Assembly (NCBI GenBank): GCA_039831155.1
Contig: JBDONT010000013.1
Span: 1 to 58,059, forward strand
DNA length: 58,059 nucleotides
Origin: Nautiliaceae bacterium
Lineage (GTDB): Bacteria > Campylobacterota > Campylobacteria > Campylobacterales > Nautiliaceae
Reading direction: 5' to 3'
Made by a program: the position numbers and the translations under genes. Every line of letters begins with the position of its first letter. The first letter of the stretch is position 1. Shown piece by piece: positions 49,422 to 58,059 of this stretch. The notes beneath the pieces are model-generated. The model was not told the origin of the DNA. It was given only the letters and a program-made list of their open reading frames with translations, and did no database searches.

Positions 49422-50492
49422 ATGTTTGTAGATAATGTAAAATTGCGTGTAAAATCCGGAAAAGGTGGCCAGGGGTGCGTTAGTTTTAGACGTGAAAAGT
49501 TTGTAGTAAAAGGTGGGCCTGACGGAGGAGACGGAGGAAAAGGTGGAGATGTAATTGTCGTATGTGATAAAAACACCAATACCTTATCTCATTATAAAGG
49601 AAGAAAGCTTTTAAAAGCTAAAAACGGAAGACCGGGAGAAGGTAGAAAAAAACACGGTGCAAATGGAGAAGATTTAATTCTTAAAGTACCACCGGGGACT
49701 ATTATAAAAGACGCAAACACCGGAGAAGTTTTACTTGATATGAAAGAAGACGGTGAGAGAAAAGTTTTACTTGAAGGTGGAAGGGGAGGACTTGGGAACT
49801 GGCACTTTAGAGGTCCTAGAAACCAGACTCCTAGATACGCTCAACCGGGAGAAGATGGGAAAGAACTTGAGATTATAATGGAGCTTAAATTAATAGCGGA
49901 TGTAGGGCTTGTAGGGTTTCCAAATGTCGGGAAATCGACTCTTATAAGCACTCTTAGTAACGCAAAACCGGAAATTGCAAACTATGAATTTACAACTCTT
50001 ACTCCAAAGTTGGGGGTTGTGAGAATTGATGAATACAGAAGCTTTGTAATGGCAGATATTCCGGGAATTATTGAAGGAGCCCACGAAGGAAAAGGGCTTG
50101 GAATTGAATTTTTAAAGCACATAGAAAGAACCTCCACTATTCTTTATATGATTGATTTAAGTTCTTATAGAGACCCGGTATATCAGTTTAAAACTCTTCA
50201 AAAAGAGTTAAAAGAGTATAGTGAAGAGCTTTTTACAAGGCCTTATGCTATAGCTTTGAGTAAATGTGATAGTATTGAAGTTGAAAGAATAGAAGAGTTT
50301 TTTGAAAAGTTGGATATTAAAAAAACCGAGCCTAAATTTAAAGCCGACCCTAATTTGCCGTGTCATTTTAGTGAAAAAACGTTTGTACTTCCTATAAGTT
50401 CGGTTGCAAATATTAACATAGAGCCACTTAAATTCGCACTTTTTGATTTAGTGGAAAAAAGCAGAAAAAGTAATGAAGAGAATAGTTTTTAA
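49422..50492 (+). CDS. obgE: Obg/CgtA GTPase
   Basis: Gly-rich Obg fold, [17 protein letters not shown]. Confidence 0.98.
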   Translation: MFVDNVKLRVKSGKGGQGCVSFRREKFVVKGGPDGGDGGKGGDVIVVCDKNTNTLSHYKGRKLLKAKNGRPGEGRKKHGANGEDLILKVPPGTIIKDANTGEVLLDMKEDGERKVLLEGGRGGLGNWHFRGPRNQTPRYAQPGEDGKELEIIMELKLIADVGLVGFPNVGKSTLISTLSNAKPEIANYEFTTLTPKLGVVRIDEYRSFVMADIPGIIEGAHEGKGLGIEFLKHIERTSTILYMIDLSSYRDPVYQFKTLQKELKEYSEELFTRPYAIALSKCDSIEVERIEEFFEKLDIKKTEPKFKADPNLPCHFSEKTFVLPISSVANINIEPLKFALFDLVEKSRKSNEENSF

Positions 50493-51258
50493 AGTAGGTA
50501 CCGCTACTTTATATGAAAACGGAAAGTTAAGCGGTAGAATTGATGAAATTGTAAAACTGCTTAGCGAATTAAATGGAGAGTACGAAGTTTTACTTGTAAG
50601 CAGTGGGGCTGTGGGTGCCGGGTATACAAGATGTAAACTTGATAAAAGTCGCTTAGAAAACAAACAAGCCCTGGCGGCTATAGGACAGCCCCTTTTAATG
50701 AAAGAGTATAAAGAGAGATTTCATAAGTATAATGTGATTGTGGCTCAAGTGTTGGTAACGGCAGCTGATTTTGACAGCAGAAAAAGAACTGAAAACGCAA
50801 AAAAAATGATAAATGTTTTGCTTGAAAATAAAGTCATTCCGATTATAAACGAAAACGATTCCGTGAGTGTTGAAGAAATTTTGTTTGGAGATAACGACCA
50901 GCTTAGTGCTTATGTGACTTACTATTTTGATGCCGATATGCTTATAATACTTAGTGATATTGACGCTTTTTATACGGATAATCCCAAAACAAACAAAAAT
51001 GCAAAACCTTTAAAAGTGGTAAACGAAATAAAAGATGAATGGCTAAAGCAGGAGTGTAATCCAAATGACGAGTTTGCAACGGGAGGTATAGTTACAAAAT
51101 TAAAAGCCGCTAAATTTTTAATGGAAAGAGGTAAATCTATGTTTTTAACAAGCGGGTTTGATTTATCGGATGTAAGGGCGTTTTTAAAAGGCGTTCATAA
51201 AGGTGGGACACTATTTATCGCTAAAGGAGAAGAGAGTGAAAGTTGTAGCAACAAATAG
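50473..51258 (+). CDS. proB: Glutamate 5-kinase (no PUA domain)
   Basis: KVGT, VSSGAV, INEND, FGDND.L, TGG..TK. Confidence 0.96.
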   Translation: MKRIVFKVGTATLYENGKLSGRIDEIVKLLSELNGEYEVLLVSSGAVGAGYTRCKLDKSRLENKQALAAIGQPLLMKEYKERFHKYNVIVAQVLVTAADFDSRKRTENAKKMINVLLENKVIPIINENDSVSVEEILFGDNDQLSAYVTYYFDADMLIILSDIDAFYTDNPKTNKNAKPLKVVNEIKDEWLKQECNPNDEFATGGIVTKLKAAKFLMERGKSMFLTSGFDLSDVRAFLKGVHKGGTLFIAKGEESESCSNK

Positions 51259-51691
51259 AAAAGCGTATCACGATTATGATATTTTTGATAAATATGAAGC
51301 CGGGATTGAGTTAAAAGGAAGTGAGGTTAAAGCTTTAAGAGAAGGTAGAGTTAATCTTAAAGACTCTTACGTAAGAATAAAAGACGGAGAGGTTTGGTGG
51401 CTTCAGGGACATATAAGCAATCTTGATACGACTTATTCTGCTTTTAGACATGATGAAAAAAGACCGAGAAAACTTCTTTTGCATAAGCAAGAAATTGCAA
51501 AACTTGCAGGATATACGAGTGAAAAGGGGTATACTCTTGTGCCTCTTAGAATCTATTTTAACAACCGTAACCGTGCAAAGCTTGAAATTGCCGTGGCAAA
51601 AGGTAGAAAACTCCACGATAAACGTAGAGTTATGAAAGAAAAAGAGTTAAAAAAAGAAGCGGCGGCTGCTATGAAGAGATACGGTTTTTAG
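51236..51691 (+). CDS. smpB: SsrA-binding protein
   Basis: NRKA, EAGI.L.GSEVK, RKLLLH, DKR; GTG after AAGGAG. Confidence 0.97.
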   Translation: MKVVATNRKAYHDYDIFDKYEAGIELKGSEVKALREGRVNLKDSYVRIKDGEVWWLQGHISNLDTTYSAFRHDEKRPRKLLLHKQEIAKLAGYTSEKGYTLVPLRIYFNNRNRAKLEIAVAKGRKLHDKRRVMKEKELKKEAAAAMKRYGF

Positions 51692-52014
51692 TTGCAGCTG
51701 TCGATTAAAACTCTGAAGATAAGATTATCGTAAATATAAACGATTTCTACTTTATAACCGTTTTTTATTTTTTCTTTCAAGTTTTTCATATTGCATAAAT
51801 TTGTTTTTAGTTCATCTTTCATTTTTGTAATTTTAGTCGGGTCCGTAATACTTTCTCCGTTGTATCTTGTTAAAAAAAATAGAGTTTTGTCCGAAGTAGT
51901 GGCATATCCTCTGTATTTTATTTTCGGTTTGTTTGATTTTTCTATAGGAATAATTGAGATGTTGTTTGCTAGGGAAAAAGTAATTAAGCTTAAAATTAAC
52001 AGTAATTTTTTCAT
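51688..52014 (-). CDS. Exported hypothetical protein
   Basis: Signal peptide, two Cys. Confidence 0.7.
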   Translation of the reverse strand: MKKLLLILSLITFSLANNISIIPIEKSNKPKIKYRGYATTSDKTLFFLTRYNGESITDPTKITKMKDELKTNLCNMKNLKEKIKNGYKVEIVYIYDNLIFRVLIDSCN

Positions 52015-52469
52015 TTTTTATCCTTTAAATTTTTTAAATCTTCCAAAACTTTTTTGGCGTGTCCTTTTGCCCTTACGTTTTTGTACTCTTTTACTATGTT
52101 TCCGTCAGGGTCTATTATGGAAGTTGAGCGAATAACTCCTTCATACTCTTTTCCGTACATCTTTTTTTTGCCCCACGCTCCGTATGCTTTTAACACTTCT
52201 TTATTTTCATCGCTAAGAAGCGTTACGGTTAAATCGTGTTTTTCTATAAAATTGCAGTGTTTTTTAGGAGAATCCGGGCTTATGCCTATTACGATAGCGT
52301 CTAAATTTTCAAACTCATCCAAAAGTTCGCTAAACTCTTTTGCTTCCGTGGTACATCCAGGGGTATTGTCTTTTGGATAAAAATACAAAACAATCCATTT
52401 TCCTCTTAAATCCCTTAAGCAAATTTCGACATTGTCTTGATTGGGAAGACAAAATTCGGGTGCTTTCAT
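52011..52469 (-). CDS. bcp: Peroxiredoxin Bcp
   Basis: YFYPKDNTPGCT.EA, GISPD. Confidence 0.95.
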   Translation of the reverse strand: MKAPEFCLPNQDNVEICLRDLRGKWIVLYFYPKDNTPGCTTEAKEFSELLDEFENLDAIVIGISPDSPKKHCNFIEKHDLTVTLLSDENKEVLKAYGAWGKKKMYGKEYEGVIRSTSIIDPDGNIVKEYKNVRAKGHAKKVLEDLKNLKDKK

Positions 52470-52538
52470 TTAATTTCCTTTTTTCACATTATATCAAAAA
52501 GGTTAAAAATTTAGTACAATAAATAAAAAGGATATTTG

Positions 52539-52946
52539 ATGTGGCCACCACTTACACCTTATTTAACGGTTGACGGGATTGTTAAGGTTTTTAATCCCGA
52601 GTTTAGTGGAATAGTACTTATTAAAAGAAAAAATCCTCCTTTAGGTTTTGCACTTCCTGGAGGTTTTGTGGATAGGGGAGAGACGGTTGAAAATGCTTTA
52701 AAAAGAGAAATGAAAGAGGAAATAGGTGTTGATGTAACAATTGAAAAACTATTAGGAGTCTATTCCGACCCTAAAAGAGACACCAGACTTCACAGTGTAA
52801 GCTGTGTTTTTGTATGCAGGGCTGAGAGTTGGCCAAAAGCCGGAGATGACGCCAAAGAGGCTTTTGTTGTAAAACTTGAAGATATTCCGTGGGATGAGTT
52901 GGTATTTGACCATTCTAAGATTTTAAGAGATTATTTAAGAAGCTAA
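52539..52946 (+). CDS. NUDIX hydrolase
   Basis: GGFVD.GE..ALKREMKEEIG. Confidence 0.93.
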   Translation: MWPPLTPYLTVDGIVKVFNPEFSGIVLIKRKNPPLGFALPGGFVDRGETVENALKREMKEEIGVDVTIEKLLGVYSDPKRDTRLHSVSCVFVCRAESWPKAGDDAKEAFVVKLEDIPWDELVFDHSKILRDYLRS

Positions 52947-52949
52947 GGA

Positions 52950-54017
52950 TTATAATCCGGCTTCTTTTAAGGCTTCCGCCTGGTAATGGGCAATTAGAGG
53001 GTCTATTATTTCGTCAAAAAGCCCTTCACTCATAATTTGTTCGAGTCTGTAAAGAGTTAGTCCTATCCTATGGTCTGTGATTCTGTTTTGAGGGTAGTTA
53101 TAGGTTCTGATTCTCTCACTTCTATCACCACTTCCTACTTGGCTTTTTCTGGCTTCTCCGATTGCCGCTAATCTTTCGCTTTCAAGTTTTTCGTATACTC
53201 TTGCTTTAAGAATTTGAAGAGCTTTTTCTTTGTTTCTTTGTTGGCTTCTTTCATCTTGCATTGAAACTGTAATTCCGGTTGGAATGTGAGTCATTCTAAC
53301 GGCACTTTCGGTTTTGTTTACGTGCTGACCTCCGGCTCCTCCGGCTCTCATTACTTCTATTTTAATGTCTTTCGGGTCAAGTTCTATATCTACATCGTCA
53401 ACTTCCGGCATTACGGCTACCGTTACTGCAGAAGTGTGAATTCTTCCTTGGGATTCCGTTGCAGGGATTCTTTGTACTCTGTGAGTTCCCCCTTCATATT
53501 TTAAGCGTGAATAGACGTTTTCACCTTTTATTAAAAGAATAATCTCTTTATATCCACCTACGTCGTTTTTGCTTTCGCTTACTATTTCGACTTTCCAGCC
53601 TTTATTGTCGGCGTATCTTAAATAAGCTTTTAATAAATCCCCCACAAACAGTGCCGCTTCATCACCTCCGGTTCCGGCTCTTATTTCAAGGAATATGTTT
53701 TTATCGTCATTCGGGTCTTTTGGAAGAAGCAGTATTTTAATCTCTTCTTCAAGCGTAGGAAGCTTTTCTTCGGCAACTTTAAGTTCTTCTTTTGCAAGTT
53801 CCGCCATTTCCGGGTCGTCAAGCATAGCTTTTGCTTCTTCTATCGTTTGGATTAGGTTTTCATACTCTTGTGCTTTTTCAACTATAGGCTCAAGACTTCT
53901 TGCTTCGCGAGATAGTTTTGTCATTTTTTTTATGTCTTGTGTAATTTCCGGTGAGCTTAACATTTGATTGATTTCGTTGTATTTATCAACGAAAGGTTTT
54001 AGTTTTTCAAGTAACAT
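52950..54017 (-). CDS. prfA: Peptide chain release factor 1
   Basis: PAT tripeptide, GGQ, RTYNYPQ. Confidence 0.98.
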   Translation of the reverse strand: MLLEKLKPFVDKYNEINQMLSSPEITQDIKKMTKLSREARSLEPIVEKAQEYENLIQTIEEAKAMLDDPEMAELAKEELKVAEEKLPTLEEEIKILLLPKDPNDDKNIFLEIRAGTGGDEAALFVGDLLKAYLRYADNKGWKVEIVSESKNDVGGYKEIILLIKGENVYSRLKYEGGTHRVQRIPATESQGRIHTSAVTVAVMPEVDDVDIELDPKDIKIEVMRAGGAGGQHVNKTESAVRMTHIPTGITVSMQDERSQQRNKEKALQILKARVYEKLESERLAAIGEARKSQVGSGDRSERIRTYNYPQNRITDHRIGLTLYRLEQIMSEGLFDEIIDPLIAHYQAEALKEAGL

Positions 54018-54081
54018 TTTATTCCTTTAATGGAAGATTTTTAGAATTATAACAAAGAGGAAAAAAAGAGAAAAAGAAGAA

Positions 54082-54354
54082 TTACGCTGACGGTTCGATT
54101 GATTTTACTAAATGATGAAGTCTTGAAATTTTTCTTCTTGCAGTGTTTTTCTTAAGAATACCTTTATTGATGTAACCTTGGAATTTTTTATTTGCAACTT
54201 TCCACGCTTCAAGAGCCGCTTCGTAGTTACCTTCAGCTACTGCTTTTTCTACGTTTTTAGTGATAGTTTTGATTCTTGTTCTATAGTATCTGTTTCTTTC
54301 AGTTCTTTTTTTAGTTTGTCTGATTCTTTTTTGAGCTGACTTTGTATTTGCCAT
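54082..54354 (-). CDS. rpsT: 30S ribosomal protein S20
   Basis: MANTKSA.KR, KNTARRK.SRL. Confidence 0.98.
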   Translation of the reverse strand: MANTKSAQKRIRQTKKRTERNRYYRTRIKTITKNVEKAVAEGNYEAALEAWKVANKKFQGYINKGILKKNTARRKISRLHHLVKSIEPSA

Positions 54355-54433
54355 TTATGTCCTTTTTTGAAGCGTATTTTATAAAAATTTGGTAAAATTT
54401 GCAAATAAATATTTCTTTTTTTAAAGGAAACAT

Positions 54434-55756
54434 ATGAAACTATTCGGAACGGACGGGGTTAGAGGAAAAGCCGGAGAGTTTTTGACTCCTATTTTGGCGT
54501 TAAAACTCGCAATGGCTTTTGGTAAAAGTATAGACAAAAAAACAGGTAAAATTTTAGTTGGAAAAGATACAAGAAGAAGTGGATATATGATAGAAAACGC
54601 TCTTGTAAGCGGGCTTACTGCAATAGGGTTTGATGTTATTCAAATAGGACCTATGCCAACTCCGGCAGTTGCGTTTTTAACGGAAGATATGAGGTGTGAC
54701 GGTGGGATAATGATAAGTGCTTCGCATAATCCTTATTATGATAACGGAATTAAATTTTTTGATAGTGAGGGAAATAAACTTTCAAATAAAGTGGAAAAAA
54801 AGATAGAAGATACATTTTTTGAAGACAATTTTGAGTTTAAAACCGAAAAAGAGATAGGAAAAAGTAAAAGAATAGACGACGTTATCGGAAGATATATAGT
54901 TCATATTAAAACTTCTTTTCCTAAACATCTGAATTTAAACGGAATTAGAATCGTAATAGACGCCGCAAACGGTGCTGCTTATAAAGTGGCTCCTACTATT
55001 TTCAGTGAGCTTGGAGCCGAAGTTATTACGATTAATAATAAGCCGGACGGATTTAATATAAACCAAAACGCAGGAGCTATGCATCCGGAGTTTTTAGCCT
55101 CAAAAGTTATAGAATATAGGGCTGATATAGGGTTTGCACTTGACGGGGATGCCGATAGATTGGTCGTTGTAGATGAGAAGGGAAATATTGTGAACGGGGA
55201 TAAGCTTTTAGGTTCTTTGGCTTATTATCTTCATAAACAAAACAAACTTAAAAATTCCGGAATTGCAGTTACCGTTATGAGTAACGGGGCGTTGGAGGAT
55301 TTTTTGGCTAAATACGGGATTAAAGTTTATAGAAGTCAGGTGGGGGATAAATACGTGCTTGAAGTTATGAAAGAGAAGGATTTAAATTTTGGTGGAGAGC
55401 AGTCCGGGCATATTATTTTTAGTGACTATGCAAAAACGGGAGACGGGCTTGTAAGTGCTCTTCAGGCAGTTGCTTATTTAATAGAAAGTGGCAAAAAAGC
55501 GAGTGAGGCTTTTGATTTGTTTGAGCTTTATCCGCAGGTACAGGATAATATAATAGTCTCTTCAAAAACCCCTTTAAAAGAGATAAAAGGAGCGAAAGAA
55601 CTTTTGGATTCCGTAGAAAAAGAGGGGTATAGACATTTAGTAAGATATTCGGGAACCGAAAATAAACTTAGACTTTTGGTTGAAGGTAAGGAAGAGAAAA
55701 AAGCAAAAGAGCTTTTAAACAAATTAAGAGAATTTTTTAAAGCAAAGCTTTCTTAA
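54434..55756 (+). CDS. glmM: Phosphoglucosamine mutase
   Basis: [33 protein letters not shown]. Confidence 0.97.
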   Translation: MKLFGTDGVRGKAGEFLTPILALKLAMAFGKSIDKKTGKILVGKDTRRSGYMIENALVSGLTAIGFDVIQIGPMPTPAVAFLTEDMRCDGGIMISASHNPYYDNGIKFFDSEGNKLSNKVEKKIEDTFFEDNFEFKTEKEIGKSKRIDDVIGRYIVHIKTSFPKHLNLNGIRIVIDAANGAAYKVAPTIFSELGAEVITINNKPDGFNINQNAGAMHPEFLASKVIEYRADIGFALDGDADRLVVVDEKGNIVNGDKLLGSLAYYLHKQNKLKNSGIAVTVMSNGALEDFLAKYGIKVYRSQVGDKYVLEVMKEKDLNFGGEQSGHIIFSDYAKTGDGLVSALQAVAYLIESGKKASEAFDLFELYPQVQDNIIVSSKTPLKEIKGAKELLDSVEKEGYRHLVRYSGTENKLRLLVEGKEEKKAKELLNKLREFFKAKLS

Positions 55757-56202
55757 TGAAAACGGTTAAATTTTTAATCGTTTTTTTGATTGTTTTGTTT
55801 ATAGATCAGGGATTGAAGTATCTCTTTTTAAAAGGGTTTGAGTGGCATAGTAAATGTATCTCTTTGGTTTTGGCTATTAATAAAGGGGTTGCGTTTTCTA
55901 TGTTTAGTTTTTTGGGAGAATATTTAAAATATATTCAGCTTGGGCTTATAACTTTTTTAGGCTATGTTTTTTATAAAGAGAAAATATTTGTTAAACATCC
56001 GATAATTAATGCGATTTTATTTGCTGCGGCTTTTTCTAACGTTTTGGACAGGTTTATAAGAGGAGGGGTGGTTGATTATGTGTATTGGCACTGCTTTTTT
56101 GATTTTGCTATTTTTAATTTTGCCGATGTTTGTATAGATTTTAGCATTTTAATGTTTGGATATTACTATTTTTTTGGTAAAATTTCAAAGAAGGTCGCAT
56201 AG
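55756..56202 (+). CDS. lspA: Lipoprotein signal peptidase
   Basis: DQ..K, N.GVAFS, N..DR, VVDY, FNFAD. Confidence 0.96.
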   Translation: MKTVKFLIVFLIVLFIDQGLKYLFLKGFEWHSKCISLVLAINKGVAFSMFSFLGEYLKYIQLGLITFLGYVFYKEKIFVKHPIINAILFAAAFSNVLDRFIRGGVVDYVYWHCFFDFAIFNFADVCIDFSILMFGYYYFFGKISKKVA

Positions 56203-56268
56203 CTCAGCTGGTAGAGCACTACCCCGACACGGTAGGGGTCGCTGGTTCGAGTCCAGCTGCGACCACCA
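56193..56268 (+). tRNA. tRNA-Val(GAC), probable integration site
   Basis: Cloverleaf, loop CC-GAC-AC, encoded CCA; overlaps the last 10 nt of lspA. Confidence 0.93.
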
Positions 56269-56438
56269 CTGATTATAACTTACATTTTCTATTCTTTACA
56301 AAATCCCCGAAAAATCGAAACTTTAAATTTTAACTTTTTACATATATTCCTATTCTTTTACATACTTGCACTTTATTTTAGGGTAATATAGGGGTATAAT
56401 TTTAACAATATGAATAAGTTACCCTAAAAGGATTTGTG

Positions 56439-57620
56439 ATGTCTAGGCAAGTAGTTCCTTTAACCGATAAAAAGATTAAAAACGCTAAACCTGCTGAAAA
56501 AACGTATAAATTGTTTGACGGGGGCGGATTGTATGTGGAAATTAGGAAAAGCGGTAAAAAGATATTCCGCCTTAAATATAAAAATAAAACTTATACAATA
56601 GGGGAATATCCTATAGTAACCCTTGCGGAAGCGAGGAAAAAAGCTGAAGAGATAAAAAAGAATCTATTTTTAGGTATAGACATAAGAAAAAAAGGTTATA
56701 CATTAGAAGAGGTTACAAGGGAGTTTTTAACAAAAGCAGAAAAGGAGTTAAGCCCTAAATATTTTAAGTCTCAAGTGCGTAAATTAGAAAACTATGTGTT
56801 ACCCTTTATAGGGGGTAAGGAAATAGAAAAAATCACAAAAGCCGATATTGTTAAAATTTTAAAGAATGTCAAAAATATTAAAGTTCCTCTCTCAAAGCCG
56901 ACTGATAAAACGGAAGCTACAAGACGTGTATTTATACTTCTTAGACAAATATTCAAATATGCTCATACAAATGATTATATACAAGCAAACATAATAGACA
57001 AAATAAATATAAACGACATAATCCCTAAAAGAAAAGTGGAGCATATTGAAGCGATAATAGATGAGGAAGAATTGAAACATATTGTAAAAGATATTTTTCT
57101 CTATGATAGAGGATATGTTTTAACAAGGCTTGCATTTAAATTTTTAATTTTGACTGCATTAAGAGCAGGTAATATAAGAAATCTGAGGTGGGAATGGATA
57201 GATTTTAAAGAGAGGGTAATTGTATATCCTGCAAATACTATGAAAGCAAAAAAAGAATTTAGATTACCGCTTACGAATAGTCTTGTAGAAATTTTAAAAG
57301 AGGCTAAAAAATATAGTAGGGGTAAAATAGTGTTTCATTCTCCGAAAGAGCCAAATAAACAATTAAGCGATATGACTTTTAACATGATTTTACGGCGTTT
57401 GGGGATAGAAAATCATAAACCGCACGGATTTAGAAGTAGTTTTAGCACGATATGTTATAAATATATGCATGAACATAGATTTAGTGCTGAAGTAATAGAA
57501 ACGCAGCTTGCACACAGTGTAGGTAATGCAGTTATGAGGGCGTATATGAGAGGGGACTTTTTAGAGGAAAGGCGAAAATTGTTAGAGTGGTGGGAGAAAT
57601 TTATTTTGTCGGATTTTTAA
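56439..57620 (+). CDS. P4-type tyrosine integrase
   Basis: Arm-binding domain (DGGGLY..SGKK..IGEYP.VTL..AR); catalytic R, K, HGFR, LAH, Y all present. Confidence 0.96.
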   Translation: MSRQVVPLTDKKIKNAKPAEKTYKLFDGGGLYVEIRKSGKKIFRLKYKNKTYTIGEYPIVTLAEARKKAEEIKKNLFLGIDIRKKGYTLEEVTREFLTKAEKELSPKYFKSQVRKLENYVLPFIGGKEIEKITKADIVKILKNVKNIKVPLSKPTDKTEATRRVFILLRQIFKYAHTNDYIQANIIDKININDIIPKRKVEHIEAIIDEEELKHIVKDIFLYDRGYVLTRLAFKFLILTALRAGNIRNLRWEWIDFKERVIVYPANTMKAKKEFRLPLTNSLVEILKEAKKYSRGKIVFHSPKEPNKQLSDMTFNMILRRLGIENHKPHGFRSSFSTICYKYMHEHRFSAEVIETQLAHSVGNAVMRAYMRGDFLEERRKLLEWWEKFILSDF

Positions 57621-57873
57621 GCCATTTTTCAACATCGCTTTTTCTCCATCTTCCCAGTGCCGCACGTTTAGGAAATTTACCTTTCCTTTCTAAGTCATAA
57701 ATTGCTTTTATAGACTTATAACCTGTAACCTCAAGGATTTTTTTTGCGTTATAAAAAGCCTCTCCGCCGAGATTTATTTTACTTTCAAGTTCCTCAATTT
57801 TTTGCAAAAGAGGGGTAATTGCTTCGATTACCGCTTCTTTTACATCTTCTTTTGTTGCTACTTGAATAGGCAT
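57601..57873 (-). CDS. AlpA/excisionase-like protein
   Basis: AIYDL.RKGKFPK..RWRKSDVEKWL; AAGGAG SD. Confidence 0.85.
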   Translation of the reverse strand: MPIQVATKEDVKEAVIEAITPLLQKIEELESKINLGGEAFYNAKKILEVTGYKSIKAIYDLERKGKFPKRAALGRWRKSDVEKWLKNPTK

Positions 57874-58005
57874 TTTTACTCCTTTATTTAAACTCTTCAA
57901 GCAGTTTTCTTGCTTGTGAATCGAAAATTCCTATGGGAGTTAAAATAATTTTGTGTCTGTTATGTAAAAATTTACTAAAATAAACTTTAGAAAAGGAGGA
58001 GTAAT

Positions 58006-58059
58006 ATGAACAGAGAAATGATAAAAGAATTAATGTCAAATATGGATTTGGTTAAAGAA
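58006..58059 (+). CDS. 5' end of a gene running off the right edge
   Basis: AAGGAGGAG SD then MNREMIKELMSNMDLVKE. Confidence 0.55.
   Translation, partial: MNREMIKELMSNMDLVKE

Larger units (their letters stand above)
56269..58059. mobile_element. Left end of an integrative element (prophage, satellite or island)
   Basis: Integrase directly after the tRNA, convergent AlpA-like gene, GGGTA arm-like repeats at 56380-56398. Confidence 0.85.

Noticed and set aside
57884-58039. Minus-strand 51-codon frame upstream of the AlpA-like gene
   Set aside because: Only a TTG start without a clear SD, and it conflicts with the plus-strand start at 58006; unresolved at the window edge

Overview
AT-rich, gene-dense bacterial chromosome segment. 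Gene order (fabH-plsX-rpmF-ndk-fdx, rpsF-ssb-rpsR, rplU-rpmA-obg-proB, prfA-rpsT/glmM-lspA) and TGnTATAAT promoters point to a Campylobacterota, probably a Nautiliales-type vent organism (inference). Most of the window is housekeeping: moaA, amtB-PII, purT, feoAB, nrdAB, queED, the MoxR/Bat operon, gap, alr, xseA, smpB, six tRNAs and SRP RNA. Accessory or unexplained parts: (i) a two-component locus with 11-bp operator repeats and two unannotated Cys-rich micro-ORFs; (ii) a DUF4760-like gene between nrdA and nrdB, met tail-to-tail by a 12-codon antisense micro-ORF with its own near-consensus sigma70 promoter and SD; (iii) a four-gene operon with an orphan Csm5-like RAMP protein and two NifX-family proteins, with no other cas gene or CRISPR array; (iv) a decayed island after tRNA-Ser whose IS256 transposase is interrupted by two related 36-44 nt GNA-hairpin mini-insertions; (v) a RAYT-type HUH transposase with matching short palindromes; (vi) an HsbR/HsbA-like partner-switching module coupled to an MCP; (vii) the left end of an intact P4-type integrative element at tRNA-Val(GAC). 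All family assignments come from motifs read by eye; no database searches were run.
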